Shown here one piece after another: positions 35,694-45,590 of a stretch of DNA of 64,000 bases. The stretch comes from Lentisphaeria bacterium (GTDB taxonomy: Bacteria; Verrucomicrobiota; Lentisphaeria; Victivallales; UBA1829). Below the pieces are notes generated by a model. It did not search any database. It worked only from the letters and a program-made list of their open reading frames with translations, and had not been told where the DNA came from. How positions within the stretch are numbered: position 1 is the stretch's first letter; every line of letters begins with the position of its first letter. The translations under genes were made by a program, and so were the position numbers. The stretch is from assembly GCA_017629515.1 (NCBI GenBank), contig JAGBXB010000073.1:2939-66938 (forward strand). Direction: 5' to 3'.

Positions 35694-36887
35694 ATGAAAA
35701 AGAACTTGCTGTTGACCGCTGTGACTGTATTTGTGTTGCAGTTTGCCCTTGCTGCCCAGGAACCTCCCGCCCCCCGTCCGGAAGAGAATGTGGCCCCTGC
35801 TGAAGAGGTGAACAATAACGGACAGGATAATGAAAAACCAAAAACGGCGGATGAGTTGTTCCCTTATGTTGCCAATTTGCGTACCCATATTGATAAAAAT
35901 GATTATCCCCTTTCCCTGAAACGCACAGAGGAGATCTATAAAAGGGTGCAGAAGGTATTTCTCCCGGATGCCGCTGCAAGAGAACAGTATGTGAAATTGC
36001 CTGCCAATGCCCAGGTGGGGGCTTCTGTGCAGGAATTTGATGAGAAAAAACTTCTGGAAGATCTGGAAAGCGATATTTCCAAAGAGGTTCTGGGGGGGAA
36101 ATCTGTGAATCCGGCGGGTCAGCCCCTTGCTGCAACCCGTTTGAAAGCCAGGGATGCGGTTCAGGATAAAGTGAAAATAAAATTCCCTTTCAGTGATAAA
36201 GAAATGATTGCCCAATTTACAAAAGAAGCGGAGAAAAAATATCCCCTTGCGAAAAAAGGCGATAAAGTAACGGTGCATTATACAGCAGGCAGAACTACCT
36301 ACCGTATCAGCGGTACATTTTATGGTTACGGGATCAGAAACAGATCCATTTTGGTCAATTCCCGTACCATTACTGTCCGGGATTTGAGTAAACAGGATAT
36401 TCCCAGATTCAGTTTGCCGGATAACAACAGAGCCAAGCAGAATTATGTGCAGAGTGCCATAAAAAAATACCGGGACAGCAAATTTAAGTACGAAAAAGAA
36501 CTTTCCGAATCTCTTTTGCGTAAAGAGATCGCCGGAAATGATAAAAACGGTTTTATTTACTACGGTATTTTCAAACCCTCCAGAATGCCTGCCAAATTAC
36601 AGGAAAAATATAAAGAGGGGCTTCTTGCTCCGGAAGAACGCCTGAAATACTGCGTCAATGAGTGGATGGCTGCGGATAAGGTCATTACTGATATGGCACA
36701 GGATATGATCTCTGTTACCAAAAAGCGTATTGCTTATGAACGCAAACTGGAAGAACAGAGACTTGCAGAACTCAAAAAGAGAATGCAGGAAGAAGAGGAA
36801 AGAAAACGGCGGGAACAAGAGAACAATCAGGGAAATGAAAACAATCCCGGGAACGGTGAAATGCCTGACGGCGGCGCACCCATGTAA
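35694..36887 (+). CDS. Secreted hypothetical protein with a Lys/Glu-rich coiled-coil C-terminus.
   Basis: Signal peptide 'MKKNLLLTAVTVFVLQFALAAQ' and SD 'aaggag'. No recognisable catalytic motifs. Confidence 0.55.
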   Translation: MKKNLLLTAVTVFVLQFALAAQEPPAPRPEENVAPAEEVNNNGQDNEKPKTADELFPYVANLRTHIDKNDYPLSLKRTEEIYKRVQKVFLPDAAAREQYVKLPANAQVGASVQEFDEKKLLEDLESDISKEVLGGKSVNPAGQPLAATRLKARDAVQDKVKIKFPFSDKEMIAQFTKEAEKKYPLAKKGDKVTVHYTAGRTTYRISGTFYGYGIRNRSILVNSRTITVRDLSKQDIPRFSLPDNNRAKQNYVQSAIKKYRDSKFKYEKELSESLLRKEIAGNDKNGFIYYGIFKPSRMPAKLQEKYKEGLLAPEERLKYCVNEWMAADKVITDMAQDMISVTKKRIAYERKLEEQRLAELKKRMQEEEERKRREQENNQGNENNPGNGEMPDGGAPM

Positions 36888-36937
36888 TAAAATCTGTCCC
36901 GGGGATGGAAAAAACTTTCCGGAGGAGGAAAATATTT

Positions 36938-37525
36938 ATGTATGGAGGAGAAACTTCTTTTTCCCGGAAAAAAACGACAGGGAAAAAGGCCGTACTTTCT
37001 CCTTTGGAGTATCTTGCCTTCCTCCTTTCCCGGAAAGCGTACAGTATTTGTGAAGTACGCAAAAAAATGCGTATGAAAGAATATGCTTCCTGTGAGATCG
37101 AAGAGGCCGTTTCCTCTTTTATCCGGCATGGTTTCCTCAATGATCGGCTGTTTGCTTCCTCCCTTGTCCGCACTCTCTCCTCCTCCGGCTACGGAAAAAG
37201 GCGGATCCTTGCCAAATTACGGGAAAAGGGAGTCGCCCCGGAGATCATCAAAGAAACTCTTGAAGAGCATGAAAACAGGGAGGAACTTTTTTTTCCAGGG
37301 GAGAGTTGTAATGAGGAGGGATTTTCCGATCCCGAAAGTGCCGCAGCAGAAAAAGCCCTGAAAGGGAAGTGGCGGACTTTGCAAAATGAGCCGGATGTAC
37401 GGAAAAGAAAGGAAAAAGCTTTGCGTTTCCTTGCCGGAAGAGGATTTGAAGCGGGAGTATGTTATAAAGTTGTGAAGCAGTTTTTGCAAAATAATCAGGA
37501 AGAAAATATACAGGAGGAGTTCTGA
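36938..37525 (+). CDS. recX: Recombination regulator RecX.
   Basis: Three-helical-repeat signature '...SPLEYLAFLLSRKAYSICEVRKKMRMKEYASCEIEEAVSSFIRHGFLNDRLFASSLVRTLSSSGYGKRRILAKLREKGVAPEII'. Start trimmed to the ATG after 'ggaggagga'. Confidence 0.75.
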   Translation: MYGGETSFSRKKTTGKKAVLSPLEYLAFLLSRKAYSICEVRKKMRMKEYASCEIEEAVSSFIRHGFLNDRLFASSLVRTLSSSGYGKRRILAKLREKGVAPEIIKETLEEHENREELFFPGESCNEEGFSDPESAAAEKALKGKWRTLQNEPDVRKRKEKALRFLAGRGFEAGVCYKVVKQFLQNNQEENIQEEF

Positions 37526-37529
37526 TAAA

Positions 37530-38837
37530 ATGAAAAAAATGTTTCCGGCAGCAGTATTGCTTTTTGCCGTACAAATTCTTATGGCGGCAACCATTGAGAT
37601 CGTTCCATCGTCCCTGCGTTCTTACAAAGCAGGCGAGGAAGTAACATTCAAAGCAACCGCTTTATCTCAAAAGAAAAAATTGCTTGCGGATGGCACTTAC
37701 GCTATCATCATCAAAGATTCTGCAGGAAAGATCATTGGCAAAGAGTTGAAAGTGGATACAGCGGAAAATAATCCCTTTACTTTCAAAGCAAAACTTGACC
37801 GCCCCGGATTCATCCTTGCCGCCCCCACTTTTCTTACTCTGGGGGATGGTAAAAAAGTAAAGTGGGCAAATTCCAGAGCTTTTCCCGCTTACGGGGGAGC
37901 TGCGGTAGAGCCGGAAAAAATCTTTCAGGCAGGTAAAGAACCTGCCGATTTCGATAAATTCTGGCAGGAAAGACTGAAAGAATATGAAAAAAGCGTTGTT
38001 ACTGTTACTCCCGCTCCGCAGATCAAACGCGAAGGTTATAAAGTCTCCCTTGTGAGAGTAACTTTCCCTGATAAAAAAGGATTTATTGAGGGTTATCTTT
38101 CCATTCCGGAAAAACCCGGTAAATATCCTGCCATTGCGGGAGTTCCGGGGGCAGGCCCCGGTGCGGCGATGACAAATCCCGCTCCCTACATCCGCGGCAG
38201 TGTCCCTGCCATTGAACTGTATATGAACGTACACCTTTTCCCTGTTCAGAAAACCGTTGCGGAACAGAGAAAAAAGTATGCTTCCTATAATAAAACTTTT
38301 GCCGCCGGAGTCTATTACAGGGAGAGTGACGGAGTAAAGGAAAATTATATTTATGCCAGGGTGTGGCCCGCAGTAAGCAAGGCGATGGACTATGTGGCAA
38401 AACTTCCGGAATTTGACGGGAAACATTTTGCCGCTTCCGGCAACAGTCAGGGCGGCGGAACGGCATTGGCTCTGGCATATCTCAATAAAAATGTCACCTG
38501 TGTGGCATCCAGTGTTCCGGCATTGTGTGACCTGCAGGGCGATCTTCTTTCCCGTCAGGCGGGTTGGCCCCAATTGAACAAAGTATTCAAAGACGGGAAA
38601 CGGAAAGGGATCATTGCCTATTTTGACTGTGCAAGTTTTGCAAAAAGGATCAAAGTACCTGCCATTGTAAGTGTGGGGTATGTGGATCTTACATGTTATC
38701 CCACCTCCGTTCTTGCCGCCTACAATAATCTCAAAGGGGAAAAGAAACTTCTTCCCATGTACCGCAGCGGACACCGGATCACACCGGAAGCCAAAAAAGA
38801 GATGAGCAGATTTCTGGATAAACATTTGACAAAATAA
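37530..38837 (+). CDS. Secreted carbohydrate esterase family 7 (acetyl xylan esterase / cephalosporin-C deacetylase-like) with an N-terminal Ig-like extension.
   Basis: Signal peptide, 'FDKFWQERLKEYEK', and the CE7 nucleophile block 'GNSQGGGTALALAYL'. Confidence 0.7.
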   Translation: MKKMFPAAVLLFAVQILMAATIEIVPSSLRSYKAGEEVTFKATALSQKKKLLADGTYAIIIKDSAGKIIGKELKVDTAENNPFTFKAKLDRPGFILAAPTFLTLGDGKKVKWANSRAFPAYGGAAVEPEKIFQAGKEPADFDKFWQERLKEYEKSVVTVTPAPQIKREGYKVSLVRVTFPDKKGFIEGYLSIPEKPGKYPAIAGVPGAGPGAAMTNPAPYIRGSVPAIELYMNVHLFPVQKTVAEQRKKYASYNKTFAAGVYYRESDGVKENYIYARVWPAVSKAMDYVAKLPEFDGKHFAASGNSQGGGTALALAYLNKNVTCVASSVPALCDLQGDLLSRQAGWPQLNKVFKDGKRKGIIAYFDCASFAKRIKVPAIVSVGYVDLTCYPTSVLAAYNNLKGEKKLLPMYRSGHRITPEAKKEMSRFLDKHLTK

Positions 38838-38846
38838 GGAAGAAAT

Positions 38847-39611
38847 ATGAACTGGCAGATGCTTTTACTTGCCGCATGCGGATTGGGACTTTCCACTGTC
38901 GCAGGAACGGTGGGCGGACTTCTTGTAAAAAAAGTACCACACAAATATAATGATGTGATTTTAGGGGCGGCATCCGGCATCATGTTGGGCGCGGCGATAC
39001 TGGGGTTGATCTCCCCTGCGGCGGAGATCGGTGGAAAATATACCCTTTTACTTGTAGCTGCGGGGGTTCTTGCCGGGGCATCTCTTGTAAGTATCCTTGA
39101 CAGGATAACCCCTCATCTGCACCGCCTTGCGGGACTTGACGGGGAGGAACATAAACATAACGGCAGTATCAGCAAGATATTGTTGTTTGTTTCCGCCATT
39201 GCCATACACAAATTCCCGGAGGGACTGGCGGCAGGGGTGAGTTTCGGTACAGGGATGACAGGGGATATCCTTACGGTAGTGGGGGGAATCGCTTTGCAGA
39301 ACATCCCGGAAGCCATGGTCATCGTTTCCCCGCTTCTTACGGCGGGGGTAAGCATAAAAAGAACGCTTTGCATCTCTCTTGCCATTGCCTTTATCAGTAT
39401 GGCGGGAACGGTTCTGGGGGGATTGCTTGTGAATATTACCAATGCCATTCTTCCCTTTATTCTCTCCTTTGCCGGAGGAACGATGCTGTATGTGGTGAGT
39501 GACGAAATGATTCCGGAAACTCATTCCCACGGATTTGAAAAGGCGGCGACTTTTTCCATGATCGCCGGATTCCTTTTCATCCTTGTTATGCAGAAAGTAC
39601 TGGGAGCATGA
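38847..39611 (+). CDS. zupT: ZIP-family divalent metal transporter (ZupT-like).
   Basis: 'HKFPEGLAAGVSFG' ZIP signature and eight predicted TM helices. Confidence 0.85.
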   Translation: MNWQMLLLAACGLGLSTVAGTVGGLLVKKVPHKYNDVILGAASGIMLGAAILGLISPAAEIGGKYTLLLVAAGVLAGASLVSILDRITPHLHRLAGLDGEEHKHNGSISKILLFVSAIAIHKFPEGLAAGVSFGTGMTGDILTVVGGIALQNIPEAMVIVSPLLTAGVSIKRTLCISLAIAFISMAGTVLGGLLVNITNAILPFILSFAGGTMLYVVSDEMIPETHSHGFEKAATFSMIAGFLFILVMQKVLGA

Positions 39612-39677
39612 AAAAAGACTTGAAAAGCGGAAAAATGATACTATATTACACAATAATACAAACCAACGGAGGTAAAC

Positions 39678-41312
39678 ATGTCTGATTTTTCCCAAGCTGT
39701 ATTTGCCGCGTCCGCAGTAGGCGGCGGTGAAGTCCTTATGATCCTTATCATTACTTTTATTCTTCTGGCGATCCTTATCGGGTTGTTTTCCAGATACAAA
39801 AAGTGTCCCTCTGACCGGATCATGGTCATTTACGGGAAATGTCTTTCCGGCGGGGCAAAAGGTCAGCATGCTTCCCGGTGTATCCACGGGGGAGCGGCTT
39901 TCATCATTCCCATCATTCAGGATTATGCGTTTCTTTCCCTGCGTCCCATCCAGTTGGAAGTACCGTTGAAAAACGCTTTGTGCAAACAGAATATCCGTAT
40001 CAGTGTCCCTTCCGTTTTTACTGTGGGGATCAGTACCGATGAGGAACTTATGGGCAATGCGGCAAACCGTCTTCTGGGATTGCATCCGGATGCCATAGGC
40101 GACCTTGCCAAAGATATTATTTTCGGTCAGCTGCGTCTGGTCATCGCCTCCATGACTATTGAACAGATCAACTCCGACCGGGAAACTTTCCTGCGTTCCA
40201 TTGAGCAGAATGTTGCCGAAGAACTCAATAAGATAGGACTTTTGCTCCTTAACGTGAATATTACAGATATAACCGATGAAAGCGGATATATCGATGCCAT
40301 CGGTCAGAGAGCCGCCTCCGAAGCCATCAACAAAGCCCGTGTGGAAGTGGCGGAAGAAGAGCGTAAAGGGGGAATCGGGGAAGCCGAAGCCAGAAAAGCC
40401 CAGAGGATCGCTGTCTCCCAGGCGGAAGCCGCCGCCCAGTCCGGGGAAGCGGATGCGGATAAACAGCGGAGGATCGCTGTGACCCAGGCGGAAGCCGCCG
40501 CCCAGTCCGGGGAAGCGGAAGCGGATAAACAGCGGAGGATCGCCATCAAACAGGCGGAAGCCGAAGCCATGATCGGTGAAGCGGAAGCGGACAAACAACG
40601 CCGTATTGCCACCAAACAGGCGGAAGCATACGCTATCGAAGGGGAAAACGTTTCTGCCATTGAAATTGCCAAATCCAATGCTTTGCGTATAGAAAATGAA
40701 GCGGAAGCCTACCGTCAGGCGGAAGCCGCCAAGAAAGTAGCGGAAGCAAGGATCAAACAGGCGGATTACGAAGCGGAAATGGTCGCCCAGATGGCAAGAG
40801 CAAAAATGGAAAAGGAAAAACAGCACGCTGATACAGTAGTACATGCTGAAATCGAAAAAGAACAGATCGTCATTCAGGCAGAAGCCGAAGCAGAAAAACG
40901 CCGCAGGGAAGCCCAGGGGGAAGCGGATGCCATCTATGCAAAACTTGCTGCTGAGGCCAAAGGGAATTTTGAAATATTGAAGGCAAAAGGGGAAGGGTAC
41001 AATCAGTTGATCGCCTCCTGTGCCGGAAGCCCTGATGCCGCCGCAAAGATGCTTCTCATTGAAAAACTGGAAGACATCGTCCGCTTGCAGACTGAAGCTA
41101 TCCGTAATATAAAGATCGACAAAGTTACTGTCTGGGACAGCGGCAGAAATGCAGATGGAAAAAGTTCTACTGCAAACTTTTTAAGCGGTATGATGCAGAG
41201 CCTGCCTCCTTTGCATGATGTGGCAGGCATGGCGGGGATCGATCTTCCCGCCTATCTGGGGAAGGTACAGGAAAACACCTCTTCCGCCCCTGCCGGGGAA
41301 GACGTGAAGTAA
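39678..41312 (+). CDS. Flotillin-family (SPFH/band-7) membrane protein, YqiK-like.
   Basis: N-terminal TM 'LMILIITFILLAILIGLF', an SPFH domain, and a long Glu/Ala-rich coiled coil with 20-aa repeats 'QRIAVSQAEAAAQSGEADADK'. The 598-aa minus-strand ORF is antisense. Confidence 0.85.
   Translation: MSDFSQAVFAASAVGGGEVLMILIITFILLAILIGLFSRYKKCPSDRIMVIYGKCLSGGAKGQHASRCIHGGAAFIIPIIQDYAFLSLRPIQLEVPLKNALCKQNIRISVPSVFTVGISTDEELMGNAANRLLGLHPDAIGDLAKDIIFGQLRLVIASMTIEQINSDRETFLRSIEQNVAEELNKIGLLLLNVNITDITDESGYIDAIGQRAASEAINKARVEVAEEERKGGIGEAEARKAQRIAVSQAEAAAQSGEADADKQRRIAVTQAEAAAQSGEAEADKQRRIAIKQAEAEAMIGEAEADKQRRIATKQAEAYAIEGENVSAIEIAKSNALRIENEAEAYRQAEAAKKVAEARIKQADYEAEMVAQMARAKMEKEKQHADTVVHAEIEKEQIVIQAEAEAEKRRREAQGEADAIYAKLAAEAKGNFEILKAKGEGYNQLIASCAGSPDAAAKMLLIEKLEDIVRLQTEAIRNIKIDKVTVWDSGRNADGKSSTANFLSGMMQSLPPLHDVAGMAGIDLPAYLGKVQENTSSAPAGEDVK
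40390..40640 (+). repeat. 60-nt (20-aa) tandem repeat x about 4 inside the flotillin coiled-coil region.
   Basis: 'cagcggaggatcgc..gcccaggcggaagccgccgcccagtccggggaagcgga' units recur with period 60. Confidence 0.7.
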
Positions 41313-41334
41313 AAAGTTTCCACAGGAAATTATC

Positions 41335-41376
41335 CGGCTGCTGTTGACTTTCCGGTCACGGCAGCCGTTTTTTTTG
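41335..41376 (+). terminator. Rho-independent terminator after the flotillin gene.
   Basis: Stem cggctgc / gcagccg with a 19-nt loop, followed by T9. Confidence 0.6.
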
Positions 41377-41471
41377 TATGGATACAATGGAATGATATGG
41401 AAAAGTGCCTGTAAATTGGCAGATAAGGCAAAATTTTTTTGTTTTATTCAAGTTGTAAAGGGTATGGACTC

Positions 41472-41499
41472 TTGACATTTGCAAATACATGGATATAAT
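41472..41499 (+). promoter_or_regulatory. Candidate sigma70-type promoter (TTGACA -16- TATAAT) about 300 nt upstream of the 41803 pseudopilin gene.
   Basis: Near-consensus -35/-10 hexamers read directly from the sequence. Confidence 0.35.
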
Positions 41500-41685
41500 T
41501 ATAATATAAAAGGAGAGCTTTGCCGGAAAATGAAAAAAAGGCTGTAATAATGTTGTATTTACTCCGGAGGCGTCGCGAAGTAAAAAATATAGAAAGAAAT
41601 GATATAAATAAAGTCCCGGAGGGACTGGATTCAGCCAAAGACCGGAGATGGAGTTCGGGACTGGAATGGTTTATCCGGTTTTTTA

Positions 41686-41820
41686 CGTCGCATAATATAC
41701 ATTATGTGAAGTAAAAAAGAAAAATTTTGAGCTTGAAACAGAAAAATTAAAAAATAAAAGAGTGTAAAAAATAAAAAAAATAAACTCAAAGGAGGCAACA
41801 TAATGTATATTATGCGACGT
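41686..41820 (+). promoter_or_regulatory. Conserved 5' leader in which a 22-nt perfect inverted repeat pairs an upstream site with the start-codon region of the pseudopilin gene. Second copy of the element at 21077-21209.
   Basis: 41685-41706 'acgtcgcataatatacattatg' is the exact reverse complement of 41799-41820 'cataatgtatattatgcgacgt'. Spacer 92 nt with SD 'aaggagg'. Confidence 0.6.
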
Positions 41821-42552
41821 AACAACTTTACTTTGATCGAATTATTGGTGGTTATTGCTATCATCGCCATTCTTGCCGGGATGCTCCTCCCCGCCCTTGC
41901 CAGAGCAAGAAAAACAGCCCAGGGGATCACCTGTACAAGCAATTTGAAACAGGTTTATTATTTCCATCTTGTTTATGCAGATATGTCCAAAGACTGGGCG
42001 TATGCCGGGTATTATAATGCCCACAGAAAATATACTACCTATATCAGTGCTTACAGTAAAACAAATCTGGGGATCGCCCCCTGGACAAATGTACTGGGAA
42101 ATGATACAAAGTTATTATCCTGCCCGTTGGCAAGATCCTATTTTCCTACTGCCGCCAATGTAAACAGCAACTATTTTCCCTGCGGAAATCTGGCAAGAGG
42201 ATTGAACAATGCTGCCGATAAAGTCCGTAACTGGATCGGTTCCGATCCTGACGGAAAGTATGTTGGCGGTTACTTTGCCAACGGCTCCTATTTCAAAGTT
42301 TCTTCTGCAAAAAGACCCTCCATTCTCCATTTCAGCAACTGTACCAAAGACAGTAATACCAGTGGTTATATGTGGGGTTTTCACGGAAACAAGGGCAAAG
42401 CGGTCAATATGCTCTGGGTTTCCGGTCATGTAAGTCAGTTTGACTTCAAAGATAAATACCACAGCACCTACGCCTGGGAGAAAGGCATCATGCGTTCAAA
42501 CTTTTACAGCTGTGAAGCCTATCCTTGCCGTGGTGACAGTACCAGAAAATAA
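41803..42552 (+). CDS. Prepilin-type (DUF1559-like) pseudopilin-like protein.
   Basis: '[37 protein letters not shown]' and a C-terminal '[11 protein letters not shown]' variant of H-X9-DG. Confidence 0.75.
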   Translation: MYIMRRNNFTLIELLVVIAIIAILAGMLLPALARARKTAQGITCTSNLKQVYYFHLVYADMSKDWAYAGYYNAHRKYTTYISAYSKTNLGIAPWTNVLGNDTKLLSCPLARSYFPTAANVNSNYFPCGNLARGLNNAADKVRNWIGSDPDGKYVGGYFANGSYFKVSSAKRPSILHFSNCTKDSNTSGYMWGFHGNKGKAVNMLWVSGHVSQFDFKDKYHSTYAWEKGIMRSNFYSCEAYPCRGDSTRK

Positions 42553-42576
42553 AACATAAAATATATCCAGGAAAAA

Positions 42577-45501
42577 ATGAAAAAAATGAAAAAAACAATT
42601 TTATTGTTTGCTGTATTTGCCATATTTGCCGGAATCCTGCTTCCCTGCACAGGAGCGGAATTTGCTCTTATAAAAGATGGCAAAAGTGCCTGTGTTATCG
42701 TTAAACCTGCAAAGGATGACAGGGTAACAGATTTTGCAGCAACGGAACTTGCTGAATTTCTCGGCAGGATCTCCAAAGGGGAAAAACCCGCTATCATCAA
42801 AGGGAAAAACAGTACCAAACTTTACCCCGTTATATTCAATGTGGATGCCAAAGCCGAAACCTCCGGTGAGGGATACATTATTTCCGTAAATAAAAACGCT
42901 GTCACCATTACCTCCAAACACCCCAGAGGGATCATGTATGGCGTATATGCCCTTTTGAAAGATTCCACCGGGATCCGCTGGGTATATCCCGGGGCTGACG
43001 GGGAATATTTTAAAGTACAGAAGACCATCAAAGTCAAAGAAGGGGTGAAGAAAGCAGAACCCTCTTTCCCCTACCGCGGCATTTCTTTCCATGCCATGGG
43101 CGTGACAAGTCCTGTAAAAGATACCCGCAACTGGATGGTACGCAACAATCTTCAACTCCATGCCTATGATTTCCAGCTTTCCGGAAAATATAAAGATCTG
43201 GCAAAGATCCTTGCGGACAGGGGTGCCTATCTGGAAATCAATCCCGGATTTTCCAATATTTTTTCCGGCACCAGTTACGCCAAGGCGGAAAAAGTCATGG
43301 CGGAATGGTTCAAAAAAGAGAGCGATAAAGAACTCTTCCCCCTTATCAACGGTAAACGCACCTTCCTGAAAGGTCAGGCATATCAGCCCTGTACCAGTCA
43401 TCCGGAAACCATCCGCCGTTCCACAGAAGGTTTGATCAATTACTGTGTCAAACCCACGATAGGCAGAGACGGCGTCGTTCAGATCTACAACAACGACGGT
43501 ACCGGCTGGTGCCAGTGCGACAACTGTAAAAAGCTGGACAGTGCATACGATAAAAAAATGGGTTATGTTTCCGACCGTTTCTGGCATTATGTCCAGACTA
43601 TCGGCAAAAAAGCATTGGAAAAATATCCGGATGCAAAGATCAACGGTGTGGGCTATCAGAACTTTGAAGCTCCCCCCTCCTTCCAGATCGACAAACGATT
43701 CGGTGCTACTTTAAGTTTCAACCGCCTCTGTTACCGTCATAAAGTGGATGATCCCGACTGTCTCCTCAACCCCAAATTCCTGAACTTTTACAAAGGCTGG
43801 AAGAAACAGGGTATCTACATTATCGGCAGAGAAGAAATTTCCGGAGCAGGTACCAATTTCCAGCCTGTCAGCCCCAATTATGTTTATCTTCTCAAATTCT
43901 ATAAGAAAATGGGATTTGCCGGAAACTTTATTGCCATTGCTCCTCCGGATGGTAATTACAATCCCCGCCGCAAGAGTGACGGTCTGGTTCAGTGGAGAAG
44001 CATGTGGCAGACCATGTATTTTCATGCCATCTACACATGGAATATCAATGCAGACTACAATAAAGAATGGGAAGAAATGAACTCCCTCTACTATGGAAAA
44101 GCATGGAACGGGGGAATGAGAGATTTCTATAAACTTCTCTGGGAAGCCTCCTCCACAACTCCCGGCTGTTTCGGTCACGGATACAGTGCCCCTCTGGGAA
44201 GATGTCTTGACAAACCCATGGTACAGGAAAAACTCAATAAATATCTTGCAGCAGCTTTGAAGGCAGCGGAAAAAGATCCGGACAAAAGAGCATTGGCTCA
44301 TGTGAAATTTGACGCAAAGCGTTTCAAAGACACCTGGGAATACCAGAGAAAACACTATCTGGCAAACTATCGTGAACTGCGTGCTTACGAAAAGACCTCT
44401 CCCATTAAAATCGATGGCGTTCTGGATGATAAAGACTGGAAAAATGCCGACATCATCACCAATTTCAAAAATAATTCAAATGTAGGCGTACTTGCAGAAC
44501 AGCAGACTTTTGCAAGAGTGGTATATGAACCCGAATACTTCTATTTTGCCGCAGAAATGGTGGAGCCTGCCATGGATAAGGTATATAATACCATTACCAA
44601 AAGGGATGGGCCGGTATGGGAGGATAATACTCTGGAACTCTTCCTCACCCACCCCGATCTCGGCGGAACATTCTTCCACTTTATCTTCAATACTGATGGC
44701 GTTTTCTATGACAGAAAAGTCTATCCCGGAGAAAAAGGGGACTCTTCTTTCAACTCCTCCTTACAGGTAAAGACCCGCCGTCTTGCCGACCGCTGGGTAC
44801 TGGAAGCAAAGATCCCCACAGCGGAACTGGGGGAAAAATGCTTTACAGGACAGAGCTGGAAGATGAATGTCATGCGGGCAAGGAAACTAATTGATACCAA
44901 TGGGGAAGGCTCCACCCTTACCGGCGGTAAACCCTTTGATACCGCAACTTTCCTTTCCATTGCCTTTTCCGGCAAACGCTTTGTCAATACTGCCAAATAT
45001 GAAGGGGATTCCCGGCAATGGAAGAATGGTTCCTTAAATGAACCTGCCAAAAAGATCGCCAATTATATGAAAGGTTTGAACATTGAAAATAATGTTCTGC
45101 CTTCCTCCTGGGATTTCAAACATCTGACGAAAAAGAATAATGCCCTTGTTTCATGGCGGCAATTCCCGGAAAGCAGCAATTGGTATATACATCTGAAAAA
45201 CAGTGCCATGATGAATGGACTTTATGCCAGGGGGGAAAAGTACCGGGTCAATCTTAAATACCGGGGCAAGGGAAGTGCCACATTCTATGTATTGCGGTAT
45301 CCGGCAAAAAAAGGGATCAAACTGAAAAATCCCGGAAGTAAGATCGTACACAAAATCCAGGCAGATACCAAAGACTGGACTTATGCAAAATTTGACTTTG
45401 CCCAGCCGGGAGAAGCTGAAAAGGAAAGACAGGTCTTCGGTATCTGGGTAAATGGGGAAGTGGATTTTGATGAAGTCTATCTTGCTCCGGTAAAGAAGTA
45501 A
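42577..45501 (+). CDS. Secreted DUF4838-like protein with a C-terminal CBM9/DOMON-like domain, paralogue of 543..3323.
   Basis: Signal peptide. 'AEFALIKDGKSACVIVKPAKDDRVTDFAATELAEFLGRISKGEKP' is a typical DUF4838 N-terminus. The CBM9-like segment reads 'IDGVLDDKDWKNADII..'. Confidence 0.55.
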   Translation: MKKMKKTILLFAVFAIFAGILLPCTGAEFALIKDGKSACVIVKPAKDDRVTDFAATELAEFLGRISKGEKPAIIKGKNSTKLYPVIFNVDAKAETSGEGYIISVNKNAVTITSKHPRGIMYGVYALLKDSTGIRWVYPGADGEYFKVQKTIKVKEGVKKAEPSFPYRGISFHAMGVTSPVKDTRNWMVRNNLQLHAYDFQLSGKYKDLAKILADRGAYLEINPGFSNIFSGTSYAKAEKVMAEWFKKESDKELFPLINGKRTFLKGQAYQPCTSHPETIRRSTEGLINYCVKPTIGRDGVVQIYNNDGTGWCQCDNCKKLDSAYDKKMGYVSDRFWHYVQTIGKKALEKYPDAKINGVGYQNFEAPPSFQIDKRFGATLSFNRLCYRHKVDDPDCLLNPKFLNFYKGWKKQGIYIIGREEISGAGTNFQPVSPNYVYLLKFYKKMGFAGNFIAIAPPDGNYNPRRKSDGLVQWRSMWQTMYFHAIYTWNINADYNKEWEEMNSLYYGKAWNGGMRDFYKLLWEASSTTPGCFGHGYSAPLGRCLDKPMVQEKLNKYLAAALKAAEKDPDKRALAHVKFDAKRFKDTWEYQRKHYLANYRELRAYEKTSPIKIDGVLDDKDWKNADIITNFKNNSNVGVLAEQQTFARVVYEPEYFYFAAEMVEPAMDKVYNTITKRDGPVWEDNTLELFLTHPDLGGTFFHFIFNTDGVFYDRKVYPGEKGDSSFNSSLQVKTRRLADRWVLEAKIPTAELGEKCFTGQSWKMNVMRARKLIDTNGEGSTLTGGKPFDTATFLSIAFSGKRFVNTAKYEGDSRQWKNGSLNEPAKKIANYMKGLNIENNVLPSSWDFKHLTKKNNALVSWRQFPESSNWYIHLKNSAMMNGLYARGEKYRVNLKYRGKGSATFYVLRYPAKKGIKLKNPGSKIVHKIQADTKDWTYAKFDFAQPGEAEKERQVFGIWVNGEVDFDEVYLAPVKK

Positions 45502-45590
45502 GTAATCAGCAATCTTCTGGGTCTTCTGAAAATTCTGAACTTTTTCCCCTGCTGCAAAAGAGTCCGGGGAAAAAGTTTTTTTTATTGCAA

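Noticed and set aside
40390-40640. Possible CRISPR-like or other spaced repeat array in the flotillin gene.
   Set aside because: The repeats are in-frame 60-nt coding repeats of a coiled coil with no unique spacers. I found no CRISPR array anywhere in the window.
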